Origin: Epithemia pelagica
Taxonomy: Eukaryota > Protista > Bacillariophyta
DNA: 64,000 bases
Assembly: GCA_946965045.2 (NCBI GenBank)
Contig: OX337235.1
Coordinates: 3,534,001-3,598,000, forward strand
Direction: 5' to 3'
The position numbers were made by a program, and so were the translations under genes. The first letter of the stretch is position 1. Each line of letters starts with the position of its first letter. This document shows positions 46,268 to 58,374 of the stretch, piece by piece. Below the pieces are notes generated by a model. That model searched no databases, was not told where the DNA came from, and saw only the letters and a program-made list of their open reading frames with translations.

Positions 46268-48598
46268 CTACGACTCACAGAGACACAAACTACGGGCGCT
46301 GTCTCCACTGAAGATCAACATCAAACGCACACGCAGACACATACACAAGTGAGTCATTTTTCCATACAGGATGTGGCCATCCAAAGGTCGACATTCTCTG
46401 TGGTACGTACCACGAAGCATCCCAGTAGGTGTTGCAACAATAGGCATCTTGAGCACAAACAAGATTGGCACATTGGACACAGCTCGAACATCCCGCTTCT
46501 CGGACCTTGGCATTGAAACAGGTTGCACACTCGGGACGACACAAACCGGAACCACTGGGTGCCGGACTGGTCGATGGAACGGCCGACGTGGTAGGAGGTG
46601 CCGTCGTCGGTACCGCCGCCTCTCTCGGATCATACACTCGAGCCGTGGTAATCACAAGTTCCGAGTCAAGAAAGGGATACACCAAAACATTGTAGATGCC
46701 GTCACCGTCACTCGTGGGATCGGGCACAATGTTACATTCTTCGCGACTACTGGTCACACCCACGGAAGCACAATCGTACTCCTTGGTCGTGGGTAGATTC
46801 GTTTGGCGGACATATAAATCCACATCGGAAAGCGATCGTTGGGCCACGGCAATGACTTGAAGACGTTCCCACTGACCGTAGCGAGTCATATCCACTTCCG
46901 CCCGCCCCACTTGACCACGGGGTAATTCGTCTGCTTGATACCTCCAAATCGTGTTGTAACAATTTCTGGTATCAAAGGATTTGCAATCGGACTGACAGGC
47001 CAAGGTACCACCAGTGTATCCCAAATCTTGACAGGTGGTACTATTCAAACTATTGCCATCGCACATCTCCCCATCTTCCAAAAAGGTATTGCCGCATGCA
47101 GGCTCACTGGGTTTGCCATTGGCCGTCACCAACAGGTTGACATTGCGGTAAGTGGAATGACCCAAAATCAAGACATGGTACGTGCCTGCTTCGGTAAAGG
47201 TACAGTGTTCGTCACTGCCAGGTTTGACCGACAAACAATCGTGAGCCGTCCTGCTGGGTGGACCATCTCGTCGGACGTACAAGTCGGCATCCACGTATGT
47301 TCTGGGTGATCCCGTATAGGACAATTCAAATCGAACTTCCGTCAATCCGTCCCAATTGGTGGTGGGTATATCGACGGTAAATCGTTTTTCACTGCCCGAA
47401 GATCCCGACAAAAACGGTTGATCCAAAAAGATACTGGTACATTCACTAAAATCAAAGCCTTTGCAGTCACTCGTGCAGACAATATCTCCCAAATCGTATC
47501 CATAATCAATACATCCTTGCTTGGTGTAATTGCCCAATTGATTGGTATCGCACACTTCTCCCTCTTCGAAACGACTATTCCCACACGTTCCCTCGTCCAA
47601 AATGAGGCAATTCAAAAAGGCGTGGGCATCCACCAAGCCGGCACCAAGTTTGTTGCGGTAACGGGATCGGTCGGGTTGTAAATGATCAATGTCCATGGCA
47701 CTGTCCAACAGACACGAACGCAATTCCTCCGTCGTGGCATCAAACTTGAGTGCTTTTCCCAGAGCAACAATGGCTGCACCAGAAAGAAAAATCAAGTCAA
47801 AGAAAAGACAGGAGAGTGTCAGAACAGCATTTCAGTCCTTTTTCGGTGTGGATGGGTTTGCTGCCTTCTGTTCTTCCATCTACAGCTGCTACCATCTACT
47901 GCGTACGTACCAGCGACATGCGGGGTTGCCATGGAGGTCCCACTTTTCCACCCATAGGATCCGTCGGAGGTAAACACGGTCGACAAGACACCCAATCCCG
48001 GTGCCGCTACACTCAGGGTATCGGAATAGCTGGTAAACCAGGCGGCGACTCCATGATTGTCGGTCGCCGCCACGGAAATGGTAGCACCGCCCGCACTGTA
48101 GCTGGCGGGGAGGAGTAGCTCGTCGACTTCATCTGTGGGGGGTGGAGGAGAGAGAGAGGCACAAGAAGACGACAACATGGTTGAAAGACGACGACAAAAG
48201 TTCGTGAAACATGCAAGCGATGCGACATTCAAACCAACAACAAACAAAGACCTGCTCGGTGAGCAGCGGGTGACGGATCTCGAATATACATATATATATA
48301 TATTATATATATCACGCGTCATTCCTCCAGAACCGCAAACCAACAACAACAACAAGTACGTACCATTGCCCGCTGCAAAGACAAACGTCACGTTTTTGGC
48401 CGCCGCACAATCGATGGCCCGTTCGACAAAAACATCTCGGCTAGGAAATCCCCAGGAATTGGAACTGACATGGGCTCCCATGTCTGCGGCATACAAGAAA
48501 CCCACCACGGCATTGGTTGAAAACACTGCTCGGGAAACTCTATCGGAAATCGCAGTCATCATCATTCCACACACAATCACAACGTACAACGTGTGCAT
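46268..48598 (-). CDS. S8 subtilisin-like protein with Cys-rich repeats and PPC domains, copy 2 (N-terminal Asp/His half not found)
   Basis: YAADMGAHVSSNSWG, FAAGNG, SGTSMATPHVA; two CGN..E.GE.CD repeats, two PPC domains, final exon CGDSARSLCLCES stop. Introns 46308-46410, 47774-47910 and one starting at 48363 lie at the same positions as in copy 1. Confidence 0.72.
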
Positions 48599-48628
48599 CC
48601 ACTACGTTGATTCCAAGACACCTTGTCG

Positions 48629-51301
48629 TCACAAAGAGGAGGCATGAGTCTTGGTGACCAGACTCTTTTTATGATGGTTGCGTGGGACCGAGGTTGGTGG
48701 TGTCGTGGATTTGGTTGTTGTTGGTTTCGGTGCTGGACTGTGACGAAGCACTGTTCGTTTGCGGTTGCTGCCACCATGCTCCAGACTTCGTTTCGTGTCT
48801 TGCATCGGCGTTGGTGCCTTGGCGTGTTCCAAGTCCAACAAACTGGACGCTGACGAGCATGATGATGATGAAGACGAAGAGGATGATGAAGAGGAACAAG
48901 AGCTGCAGGAGGAGGACGCGGACGAAAAGGAGGACGTGGAGGACGACGACGTGGGAGAATGGGCCGGTACCAAGTTGGGTGCCGTGGGTGGTACGTCGCC
49001 CAATTTCTGCAAGGAGGAGGACCGAAGACGGGGCGATCCCGAAAGGGTGGAGGAAGGAGCATCTGGTTGGTTGGTCTTGTTGTTGTTGTTGCGATCCTTT
49101 TCGGTCGTTGGAATCAATCGTGGAGAACTCTTGCTCCGGTTTCCCAAGAGACGTGTGGTCGTTGGATGTTTGTTGGTGGGGCTGGCCGTGTCCTTGGATC
49201 GAGGTTCTTCGGGTGTTGGTCGCTGTCGTTGATGACGAGGAAGACTCTTGGTCAGGACACTGCTTTGCAGGGACCGAACCGAAGACGACGTTGTGCTTTC
49301 CGTCGACCAGGTCGTACTGGTGGTCGTGGTAGTGATGGAATCTTGCCGTTCCAACCCTCGTCGTGGTTCTTTTCCTCCTCGACCAGAGCTATACGGTGAG
49401 GTCTTGGCGGCGGCAAGTTTGCTGGGCAATCGGATTCGACTGGAAAGTTCTTGAGGATCCAGCGTTCCAACCACTTGGGGGACACTGTCCATCCTGGCTT
49501 CTTCTTCTTGTTGTTGTCGTTGTCGCCGACTTGTATGGCTGTGATGACTGCTGTTGCTCGACTTGAGTTTTTCGGCGACCGGCAATTCGGTACCCCCACG
49601 TTTCTGGCTGGGAGTGGTGCTTCTATGGATTTTGTGGCTGTTGCGGTTGCTGCTAGTCTTGGTGTGGTTGCTGTTGCTGCTGGTCTTGGTGTGATTGCTG
49701 CCGTGGTTGCTGCTATTGTTGTTGTTGGTGGTGGAGCGCAAATGGGCCGTCATGGTTTGCGTCAAGGCTCGACGAGATCGCTGCGGTGGTGAGTGTGAGG
49801 AGGAGGAAGAAGATGGGGGTGTGGTCGAAAAGGATGCCGCTCGTCGAGTCGTTGTCGTCGTGGTAGTAGTGGTTGGCGGACTGGGTGGTACCACCAGTGG
49901 CATGGCATGGGGGGCATCCATGCCCCGTCCCAAGGAGGACAGGGACGACGAGATACAATCGTTGCGATCGGGTCGACGACGAGGGGTTGTGCAAAGACTG
50001 GAAGAAGTCGTGGCCAAGGGCGAACAGGGGGGTGGTAAAAGCGATCCGGGATCTTCTCCTCCTCGTGGTCGTCGTCCTCCATGTCCTGGTGTTTGTGGTG
50101 TTGTCGTCGCGGCAAGGGTTGGTCGTCGGGATACCGGTGTGCGGGTCAACGAAGAAGAAGGGACGGAGGATGACAGCGTTGCTGCTGGTCGTGTGGTGCT
50201 GGGTCTTGTGGTGGTGGTCCTCAAGGGGGTTTCCATGCATGATTTGCTGGTGGGAGTCGATTCGGAACCGTCCGAGGAACTCGAGGAAGCGGAAGAATCC
50301 GACGAGCAGGAATCCTCATCATCCTCATTCTTGCTGTGGCTCAGCCTGTTCTTCTTCTTCTTTTTTTTGGTTGTGGTTGCATCGCCCCGTTCGGTGGGTT
50401 TGTAGGTTCGTGGTTCCGCATCTCGGGTTGTACTTGTCGTGGTGGTGAGCATTCGTTTGGTGGAATCCCATTTCCGGGACGATCGTGGTTTGGGACTTTT
50501 GTAAAAGCATGCCGAGTGTGACGCGTGTGCTGGTGGTTCTGGTGGTTGGGTGCCAGAAGAACAAGACGAAGGAGTTGCCGACAGGGTGGTAGTAGTAGTA
50601 GGGTTGGTGGCTTCGTTCTGTGATGATACGGTTGTCAATCCCCAAATCTGTCGCGCATGGTGGGCATCGTACTGGGCCCATTGGTGCGCGACGGCCATGG
50701 ATTCCTGACTGGTGCGGGCACATCGTTTGCGAATCGTTTCTGGATTCATGATTCCCTTGGTGACTTGGCGTTCTTGTTCGCGGAGTACGGCTTGCAGGAT
50801 GCTGGCCTTGCGCGCCTTTTTGTCACAGTGCCATCGAATGGACACGACATCTTCCAACCCACGGGCCGAAAAGGAGGGGGACTCGACCCAGATGACACCG
50901 ACCAAGGGCGACGAAGACGACGACGAGTCGGCCAACAGGGAGTTACCTTGTTGTTGGTGTTGCTGCTGTTTTTGCGCCCGCGCCATTTGTTCCGATGCCT
51001 TGCGCATGGCGGCAATTTCTCGTTTGGAATACCACAAGTCGTGTGGGTGGCCGGGTTGTGGTGGTGGTTGGAGAGGACTAGCAGTACGTTTGGCACTGGT
51101 AGTCAAATCAAATTGCACACGGGTCCGTTTGGTGGCTTGTCGAAAGGTTTGAATCGTTTGTTGCGTCGTGGCATCGGTCCCCTTGAGCCAGGCCATGGGC
51201 AAATCGTAGACGTGCCGCTTCTCGTCCAAATCCAAAATAATGGTCATGATGGATAATGGTTGTTGTGATTGTGGTTGTGGTTGTAATTGTGGTTGTTTCA
51301 A
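48629..51301 (-). CDS. Ser/Thr-rich protein with N-terminal diatom RVxF...WYS...RGLE domain
   Basis: 890-aa ORF: RTRVQFD, DLWYSKREIAAMRK, RGLEDVVS, QAVLREQERQ, CARTSQESMAVAHQWAQYDA, followed by a disordered tail. Confidence 0.7.
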   Translation of the reverse strand: MKQPQLQPQPQSQQPLSIMTIILDLDEKRHVYDLPMAWLKGTDATTQQTIQTFRQATKRTRVQFDLTTSAKRTASPLQPPPQPGHPHDLWYSKREIAAMRKASEQMARAQKQQQHQQQGNSLLADSSSSSSPLVGVIWVESPSFSARGLEDVVSIRWHCDKKARKASILQAVLREQERQVTKGIMNPETIRKRCARTSQESMAVAHQWAQYDAHHARQIWGLTTVSSQNEATNPTTTTTLSATPSSCSSGTQPPEPPAHASHSACFYKSPKPRSSRKWDSTKRMLTTTTSTTRDAEPRTYKPTERGDATTTKKKKKKNRLSHSKNEDDEDSCSSDSSASSSSSDGSESTPTSKSCMETPLRTTTTRPSTTRPAATLSSSVPSSSLTRTPVSRRPTLAATTTPQTPGHGGRRPRGGEDPGSLLPPPCSPLATTSSSLCTTPRRRPDRNDCISSSLSSLGRGMDAPHAMPLVVPPSPPTTTTTTTTTRRAASFSTTPPSSSSSSHSPPQRSRRALTQTMTAHLRSTTNNNNSSNHGSNHTKTSSNSNHTKTSSNRNSHKIHRSTTPSQKRGGTELPVAEKLKSSNSSHHSHTSRRQRQQQEEEARMDSVPQVVGTLDPQELSSRIRLPSKLAAAKTSPYSSGRGGKEPRRGLERQDSITTTTTSTTWSTESTTSSSVRSLQSSVLTKSLPRHQRQRPTPEEPRSKDTASPTNKHPTTTRLLGNRSKSSPRLIPTTEKDRNNNNKTNQPDAPSSTLSGSPRLRSSSLQKLGDVPPTAPNLVPAHSPTSSSSTSSFSSASSSCSSCSSSSSSSSSSSSCSSASSLLDLEHAKAPTPMQDTKRSLEHGGSNRKRTVLRHSPAPKPTTTKSTTPPTSVPRNHHKKSLVTKTHASSL

Positions 51302-54300
51302 GAGTTGTTTCGAGTTACTCTAGTTTGGTGGCAATTGGAATTGTATGGTAGTGTTGGCTTGGAGAAATCCAATCCAGTTTGGTTTTGCACTGTGCGTTTC
51401 CGTTTTGAAGAAGTCTCTTAACAAGAACATGCACCACCAACGTTCTTGTTGTTGGAAATTAGCACTGCAACGTGCTTGCTTGGATGGAGAGAGAACGAGG
51501 AGGTAGCAAAGGTACTGTCAAGAGACTGTGGTTGCTTCACTCGTTCAATGAGTGGTGACTCGTTTTGGCTTGTTCTCTTTTGGGAATACTCGACTCGAAT
51601 CCAGCAAGCAATCAATGAAACACTCTGTGAATGGTGATTGGATCGGTGGCACCATTCACTCACACAACACCCAATCACACAGCAATGGATGAACTGCGGT
51701 AGCTACTGGATAGACCGACGGCCTCTCTTTTGTTGTGTCTTGCAATGGGTGGTGAGACTCTACGGCGTTTCTCTCTCTCTCGTTCTCCGCAGAGACACTC
51801 CCTTTGAAATACCACTCGAATCAATCAATCAATGAAACACACTGCGGAGGATCGATTGCACCATTCACTCACAACCCAAAAAAGAACTGCTTCCCCCGGA
51901 TTGTGTGTGTGTTTGTGAGCGAGGCGAGATATGCCTCCTTTGACTCGTGTGACAAAGCCGGTGCGGTCTTTCCCAACCAGAAACCTTGCGTAGATTGGTG
52001 GCAGCGATGGTTTTTTGGGGCCTTCCACGCACTCCCTCACTCGAGAGACTCGACAAAAGTCCACGAACCACAAAGAGTGTAGAATCAAAGAGCAATGGCG
52101 ATCTCTCTCTCTCTCTCTCTCTCTCTCGATCGCTTTGGAAGAGTCTCGAGAATTGAAAAAAAAGACCACCGAGGACCCACAGTTGTCACAACAAACCAAA
52201 AAACACCCAACCCCCAAGCAAGATTCCACACTGTGCGCAAAACCCAAAAGAGACCAGACTTCAACCTTTGCTTCAGTCTGTGTATGGAAAGTGTTCTAGG
52301 TAAGTTTCGTTCGTTTCCGAGAGAGAGTCTTGCCCAAGACACGGACCAGTCTCGAAGAATCGAAAAAGGGTACTTTTGCTCCCTCTTCTTTTTGGTTTGT
52401 TCGCCTCTTTTGCGAAAAAACCAAAGAACGAACGTGCACAGCCACCAACAACACTGGAAACTATCACACACCATGTAGGTGTGTATAGAGTGTATAGCGA
52501 GTTGTACTTATAAGGTTTTGCAATGTCTATTCCAGAGTACAAAGACCAGCTCGTCTGGGAGATAGGTGTAGGTGTAGAATAGTGTCAATCGACTCCTTCG
52601 TTAGCCCCCTCCTCATCTCGCACGACACGAGGGTATCGGAGACAAGAGCCCTGCGTCTCAATTGTGTCGATAGAGACTTGAGACGTTACGTAGTCAGGCA
52701 ATAGATAGAAAGCCATCGTCGATCGCCAACCGTTGGATGCATCTCCCGTGTCTCTTGTTTTCACCTCCCTATTACTGGAGACTGTGGATTTGGATCTCTC
52801 GTTCGTGTGGAGAATAGAGTTTGGACATGGGCGCGACACGAGACACGACTCGTTTCTCGTTTGGTGTTTGGTGGGGGTCTTTTGGGCCGTACGGTCTTGC
52901 CGATCCACACCGGATGCTGGTAGGGCATGCGCCAGAGATAGTTCCAGGAACGACTACCGGATTATGCCCGTCATAAAATCTTGGGGAGCTTTCCAGTAGC
53001 GACCCCCAATTGCCTCCATCCTAATAACTTGTTGGGTACAAGCAGCGACCCGCGTGGGGTTAACCGGAAGCGTCTTGTTTCCATTTTACGACTAGCCACG
53101 AATGATTGGCCCCAACCAAGATTGACGGCGGCCAATCTCTTCTCACGTGATCAATTGTAGTGTTGAGGGCAATAGAAGGAACGTTTCTCGAAGCCATTCG
53201 TTGGGCCTCACCCTTCGCTCACTTCTTCTTTTTGTGCGACCACCAGGAGAGCTACCCGGAGAAGAGAGTTCTTTGTGATAGATAGCTTCTACTAGAGGAG
53301 TTTCTTGAATCCCTAGTAGTACATACTAGACTCCCATTACTCATACACCCATCAATTATAAACATCTTCTTGACGGACGATCACCAATCGATCTACCTAT
53401 ACTCCTACCTATCGTGGCAGAGGAGGACTCCTACCTACTTAGTTCTGGCATTGTTGGCGTGGTACTCTGGAATATCCTTTGGTTGCCAAAAGGCTTCGAG
53501 TCATCGGAAGGATTCACAAACACAAGTCTATGTGTGTGTTGTGTGTGTGTGTCGTATTGGTAGGTGGTAGTTGTAGGAGTAGATCAATGTTTTTCTTGGA
53601 TAGAAAGTGTTCGCCATTCAATCTCTCATAGAGAGGCACTCCTCTTTAGGAGTATGCTGTATGGTTCGAGGAGGTAGGATGCCGGTGGGTAGGTAGTAGG
53701 GGACGCAATCGTTGCTCTGGTACGCTCCTCTAGAGGAAATGCCCACACATGAGCATAGAGAGGTACTTTGGTCCATCCGGTTGGACGACGAATGCTTGCA
53801 TCCCTTCGCCGCTGTACCTCGTTCTCCAGAGACCATCAAGCATTGTCCCTCTAGCTAGTACATGCAGGCAGGCGTCGTGTACTACCGGTAGGCAAGTTTG
53901 GTTGCGTCCTCCATGATCCATTATTATATTTTATTATTATTTTCAGACCCTTTTGGTCAAGCATCTTTTGGAAATCAACGTTTGCTTCTTCGTCCTCCCT
54001 CTTTTCTTTTATGGCGAGTATCGTGTTCGCGTTGGTTGTAACGAGTGTCGCACGCGAGTCGCACGCGAGTCGCACCCCACATCTCCCATGGCCGACGAAG
54101 GCTTTTCTCCCTTTCCATTTCCATCCCTCCATATCTGTCCCGACCAATTTTCAACAAAATTCCAAACCAGTGAGACTCCAGTGGCCCAGACCGTCCTAAC
54201 AGAAAGGCCTTACCATCTCATGGACATGTTGTGCAAGGGGAAATGAGTTGAGCTTAAACAAGCACGACTCTGGGGGACTTTTAATTTCTGTAGAAGTCAA

Positions 54301-55070
54301 ACAATTCAATAAGCCCAGTCGCGGACGGGCTTTTCTGAAAACTGCTCAAACGGGCTTGACTCAATGTCCAGTAGGATCTGGTCGGTGTTCTCCCAGTACG
54401 ATATGGAAATATACTACGTTGCTGGATCGGACAATCGCAGTCTCCAGCATCTCCATTGGATCCTCAACGACGACTACGTAGTACGAAATACTCGAGTAGG
54501 ATAATACGAAATACGACCCATGAGCACCATTCAGGATTCAGGGACCATGCAGTGTTGTTTTTATTATTATTATATTACATTCTTCTGATTTTGATATTCG
54601 TATTCTTTTTTATTGTTTCGATGGTGAGACACGTTGGTTGCTCAAAACAATAAAGACAGTGTCGTGCTCCTAGGGAATCCAAAACTCTCCAACCACAACA
54701 GGAGCAGTGTACTATACAGTTGCCTATGAACGACAGTTGAATGAATCGAGCATGCGCATGCAAAACACGAATACCAACCAGTTTCTGGCGCGACATACAG
54801 GAAACAAACAGTGGCCGCCCCTCTCGCTGTCTTTTCCTCCATCACTTTTTTTGTTGTGGTTGTTGTTGGAGAGAGAAAAAAGTCCTCCTGACACTTCTTC
54901 GTCGTTTTCTTCCCCCAAGAGATTGCTTCTTCTTCTCATTGTTGGAGTTTCGTTCCGACGTGTGCCTCAAGAATTGAACAGTCCTTTCTCTCGTCTACAG
55001 TTTTTCTTCTTGCTGTTGTTTGGATTGTCTTCTTGTTCCAAAAGGAAACAACATTCATATTATCATCATC

Positions 55071-56998
55071 ATGTTGGATCGATCCTTTCATGCCGTGAGT
55101 ACTGCCACCAAGAGCAGCAGCAGCAGCAAGACCAAAAAGTCGAGCACTGCGGAGAAAACCACCCTAGATAGTCTGTCCTTGCGATCGCAATCGACGCATA
55201 CCCCTCGATCGCCCACCCTAAAAGCATCCAAATACACGGCCGCGCCGTTGGCGAGTCCCAATACTGGTACTAGTCTGGCGCATCCGACTGCGTCTCCCCG
55301 CAAGAACAACAAGAGCCAATCACGCCACAAGAAACAGCAAGCGGCTGTTGCGGCTGCTGCGACGGAACCAGACCACGATCTCGTGTTGGACGGTGAACCC
55401 TCCTCGCGGCGTCAATCTCAAGTCTCGTCCACTTCTACAACATCTACCTCCTCTTCGATTGTGGTGGAATCTTCTTCGAGTCCCCAACAAGACGAAGAAG
55501 AAGAGAGCACTACTCCAGCATCCAATACCAAACGAGTCCTGGTCCGCAAATCACGAGCCGCCGCATTCTTGTCCTCGGCGGCCTCCTTGTCGGGTGCCAG
55601 TCATCACAATTCTACCAGCAGCAAAAAGACTAGTTCGAAAAAGAAGGCCAGTCGGTCCAGTGCCGCTTCCTTGGCCTCCCCTCCCAAACAACGACGGGGG
55701 AGTTCCAATAATACGTACCACAATGTTCGGAGTCAAAGTGAACGAGGCGGAGAGGACAGTGACAATGGTGGGGACGATCCCGACGAGTTGGTCTCGTGCG
55801 CTCCTTCCATTACAACGAGTTCGTCCAAACACTACTTTCGTCGGGCCAAGAGTCGTGCGCGATTGCGGCATGATTCCTTGGACAGCGATGCCGCCTCGAT
55901 TCATTCGGCCCCCGCCACGCGACGATCCATGTTTTCCTCCAAGGGCCTGCGCAGCAAAAGCAAGGGACGCACGAGCAGTAGTACTGCCAGTGTGGTGAGT
56001 AGTTCCACCAAGAAATCCTCTACCAAGAAGCGCATTTCCAAACAAGAATTGCGTCAAAAAATACCCATGGAACCACCGGCTCCCAAGGGCAATACTACCA
56101 CAGCAGCCGCCGAAGATGTGACCGAAGACAGTTGGAATTCCGAATCCTTGTGGGCCATTCACTCGACTAATCCACCCAGTACCAGTTTGGACGATTCCTT
56201 TTCCAAATCCAATGGTACACCACCCGTACCCACCTTTGAACAATTGGTGGCCGTCGATCGAACGTGGCGGGGCGTCCAAAAGAAATTGGCCGCCGTGGCG
56301 GCGGCCACTAGCAGCAGCAGCCATGCAAACCACAAGGATGCAACCGGCAAGACATTGTTGGGAGACCAATTGGTGCAACGCGTCTTGGCGCAAATGAAAT
56401 CCTTGCCCTTGCCACAACAAATGAAATTGTCCTGTTTGCGGGGATCGGAACGCGTCCCGCATGTGGCCCAATTGCTGGTCGTCGTGGTGGATTTGATTGT
56501 GTCCTTGATGGGACCCGATTTGGTACGTACACCAATATTGGATAAATTCATGTTTTGGGTATGTGTGTGTTTGGCAAAAAGACTCCCGTCTTCTCACATG
56601 GACTATTTTCTGTTTCGTTGCTGTTTCGACAGGAGGAATTTCAACAAGAATTGTATGAATTGGGCGAACAATGTGTCGCTGAAGGCATTCCCGTCCATAT
56701 TTTGGGTACGGCCGTGAGTGAAACCATGCAAGCCATTTTGTTGTCGTCCGAGGAGGGAGGAGACTTTAGCATCACAGTGCATGACGATACCACGGAAAAT
56801 GATGACGACGACGAGGATGACTTGGAGGATGACGATGATGAAAACATTGACTTGAATGACGATGCCGCGGTCAAGGTATTGGCCAACAATAACAACAAGA
56901 AGAAAAAGCTCAAATTTTCGGCCCGGGATCAACGAGCGTGGAAGGTAGTGGTCGATTATGCGGCCCTCAAAATGGAAGCACGACCACAGTCCAATTAA
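55071..56998 (+). CDS. Ser-rich protein with C-terminal globin-like domain; intron 56523-56632
   Basis: TFEQLVAVDRTWRGV (A helix), LLGDQLVQRV, HVAQLLVVVVDLIVSLMGPDL|EEFQQELYELGEQCVAEGI, FSARDQRAWKVVVDY (H helix). Confidence 0.65.
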
Positions 56999-57720
56999 AG
57001 AAGAGTACGACGGACGACAAGAAACGTCTCCAAGGCAGCCTGGATTGAATGTTGATGGGGGTGACCACAAGATTTGGTGATCCTTCGTTTTTTTGGACTA
57101 GTAATTTTTTCTTGTGTGGTTGCAATCCATCCTAACACCATGCATCACGATGTGCAAGGGGGCGGTGAGGGCATGAAGTTTCTACGTATTTTTAGCAATC
57201 CATTTTTGAACAAGGGCACCCCTCATAGAATTCAATCCTTTTTTTTAGAACTGACACGAGGAGAAGGCACGCTACCCGTCACGACTCTTACTCGGCAAAC
57301 GGCCTCATCGCGTCGTTCTAAAATATCGCATACTGCCTCTCCATAATATAAGACGACTTTAAAATAGCAGCAGAAATTACCTAATAGATAGGGTCTCCAT
57401 GGAGGATGGTTGAAATGGCCATGAGCATAAACACGGCCACATCCTAGGGCCAATTCCACAAAAGATAGTCCTTCCGAGCCTACTAAGCGAGTCGTGTAAA
57501 ATTGGAGTCACGTCAGTCAGACCCAATCTACCCAGAGCTTCGGATGGCTTTAAGCTGAAACGTACTATATGATTGGAAAGCTTACACAGATAGGTTGTGC
57601 TGTCACAGCGGTTTTTGCTGTTGCTGCAACGACATATCCATCACATCAACGCAAGGAGTCGACTGTTGCTGTTGGTACTCTCCTTTTTCTATTGACCTAC
57701 TGTTCCCTGGTTTTATCATC

Positions 57721-58374
57721 ATGGGTGGCGGTGGCTGGTATTACGTTCCCAAGGTATGTTTCGCTTGATGTGTGTTGACCTTTGCCTAGACGAGACGGAC
57801 TGTTTGGGGTGGAATGTCGACCAACTGCGCTGTGCCGTCCGTTCGTAATCCAAGGAATGGCTCTGTCTCTCTTTCCGATAATGTTGTACAATTCTCTTTG
57901 ATGTGTTTCACATTGAATCTGCCGGACCGGTTGTCGTTTGAAATATACAGACACGTCAAGATGTCAATCTTATCCGTTCCGGTGTATTACACAACATTTT
58001 TCTGTGCCGTCTGAATTGTATGTGTCGTCTTGTTTGTTTTCTTGCGTGTCTCACGATCTCCGTTTTGATATGCGTTGTATGTTCGAATCTTCAACCGGAT
58101 TGTGCAACTGCTATTTCCTCCGAATCATCCTACATGATTATAGGTTTGGTCTCCCGGCGGTGGTTGGTGGAACAATCCACCGAATGCTGCTCGGAATGGT
58201 AACATTGGTATTGCTTGCGTCATTTTGGTCATGATTGCTGGCTTTCGAGTGTCGGCTGCCAACGAACGTCGTCCCTTACCGCCCCGTAAACCGGGCATTC
58301 CCTCGCAATATTGGTGCAAACATGCCATGGAAGACGATCCGCGATTGGAAGCCTACTTTGCCTCGAGAAAATAA
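57721..58374 (+). CDS. Small mitochondrial complex I accessory subunit (fungal NUUM / plant At4g00585-like); intron 57754-58143; absent from the ORF track
   Basis: Exon 1 MGGGGWYYVPK|GTATGT; exon 2 after TTATAG reads VWSPGGGWWNNPPNAARN-TM-SAANERRPLPPRKPGIPSQYWCKH...SRK stop (87 aa). Confidence 0.78.
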
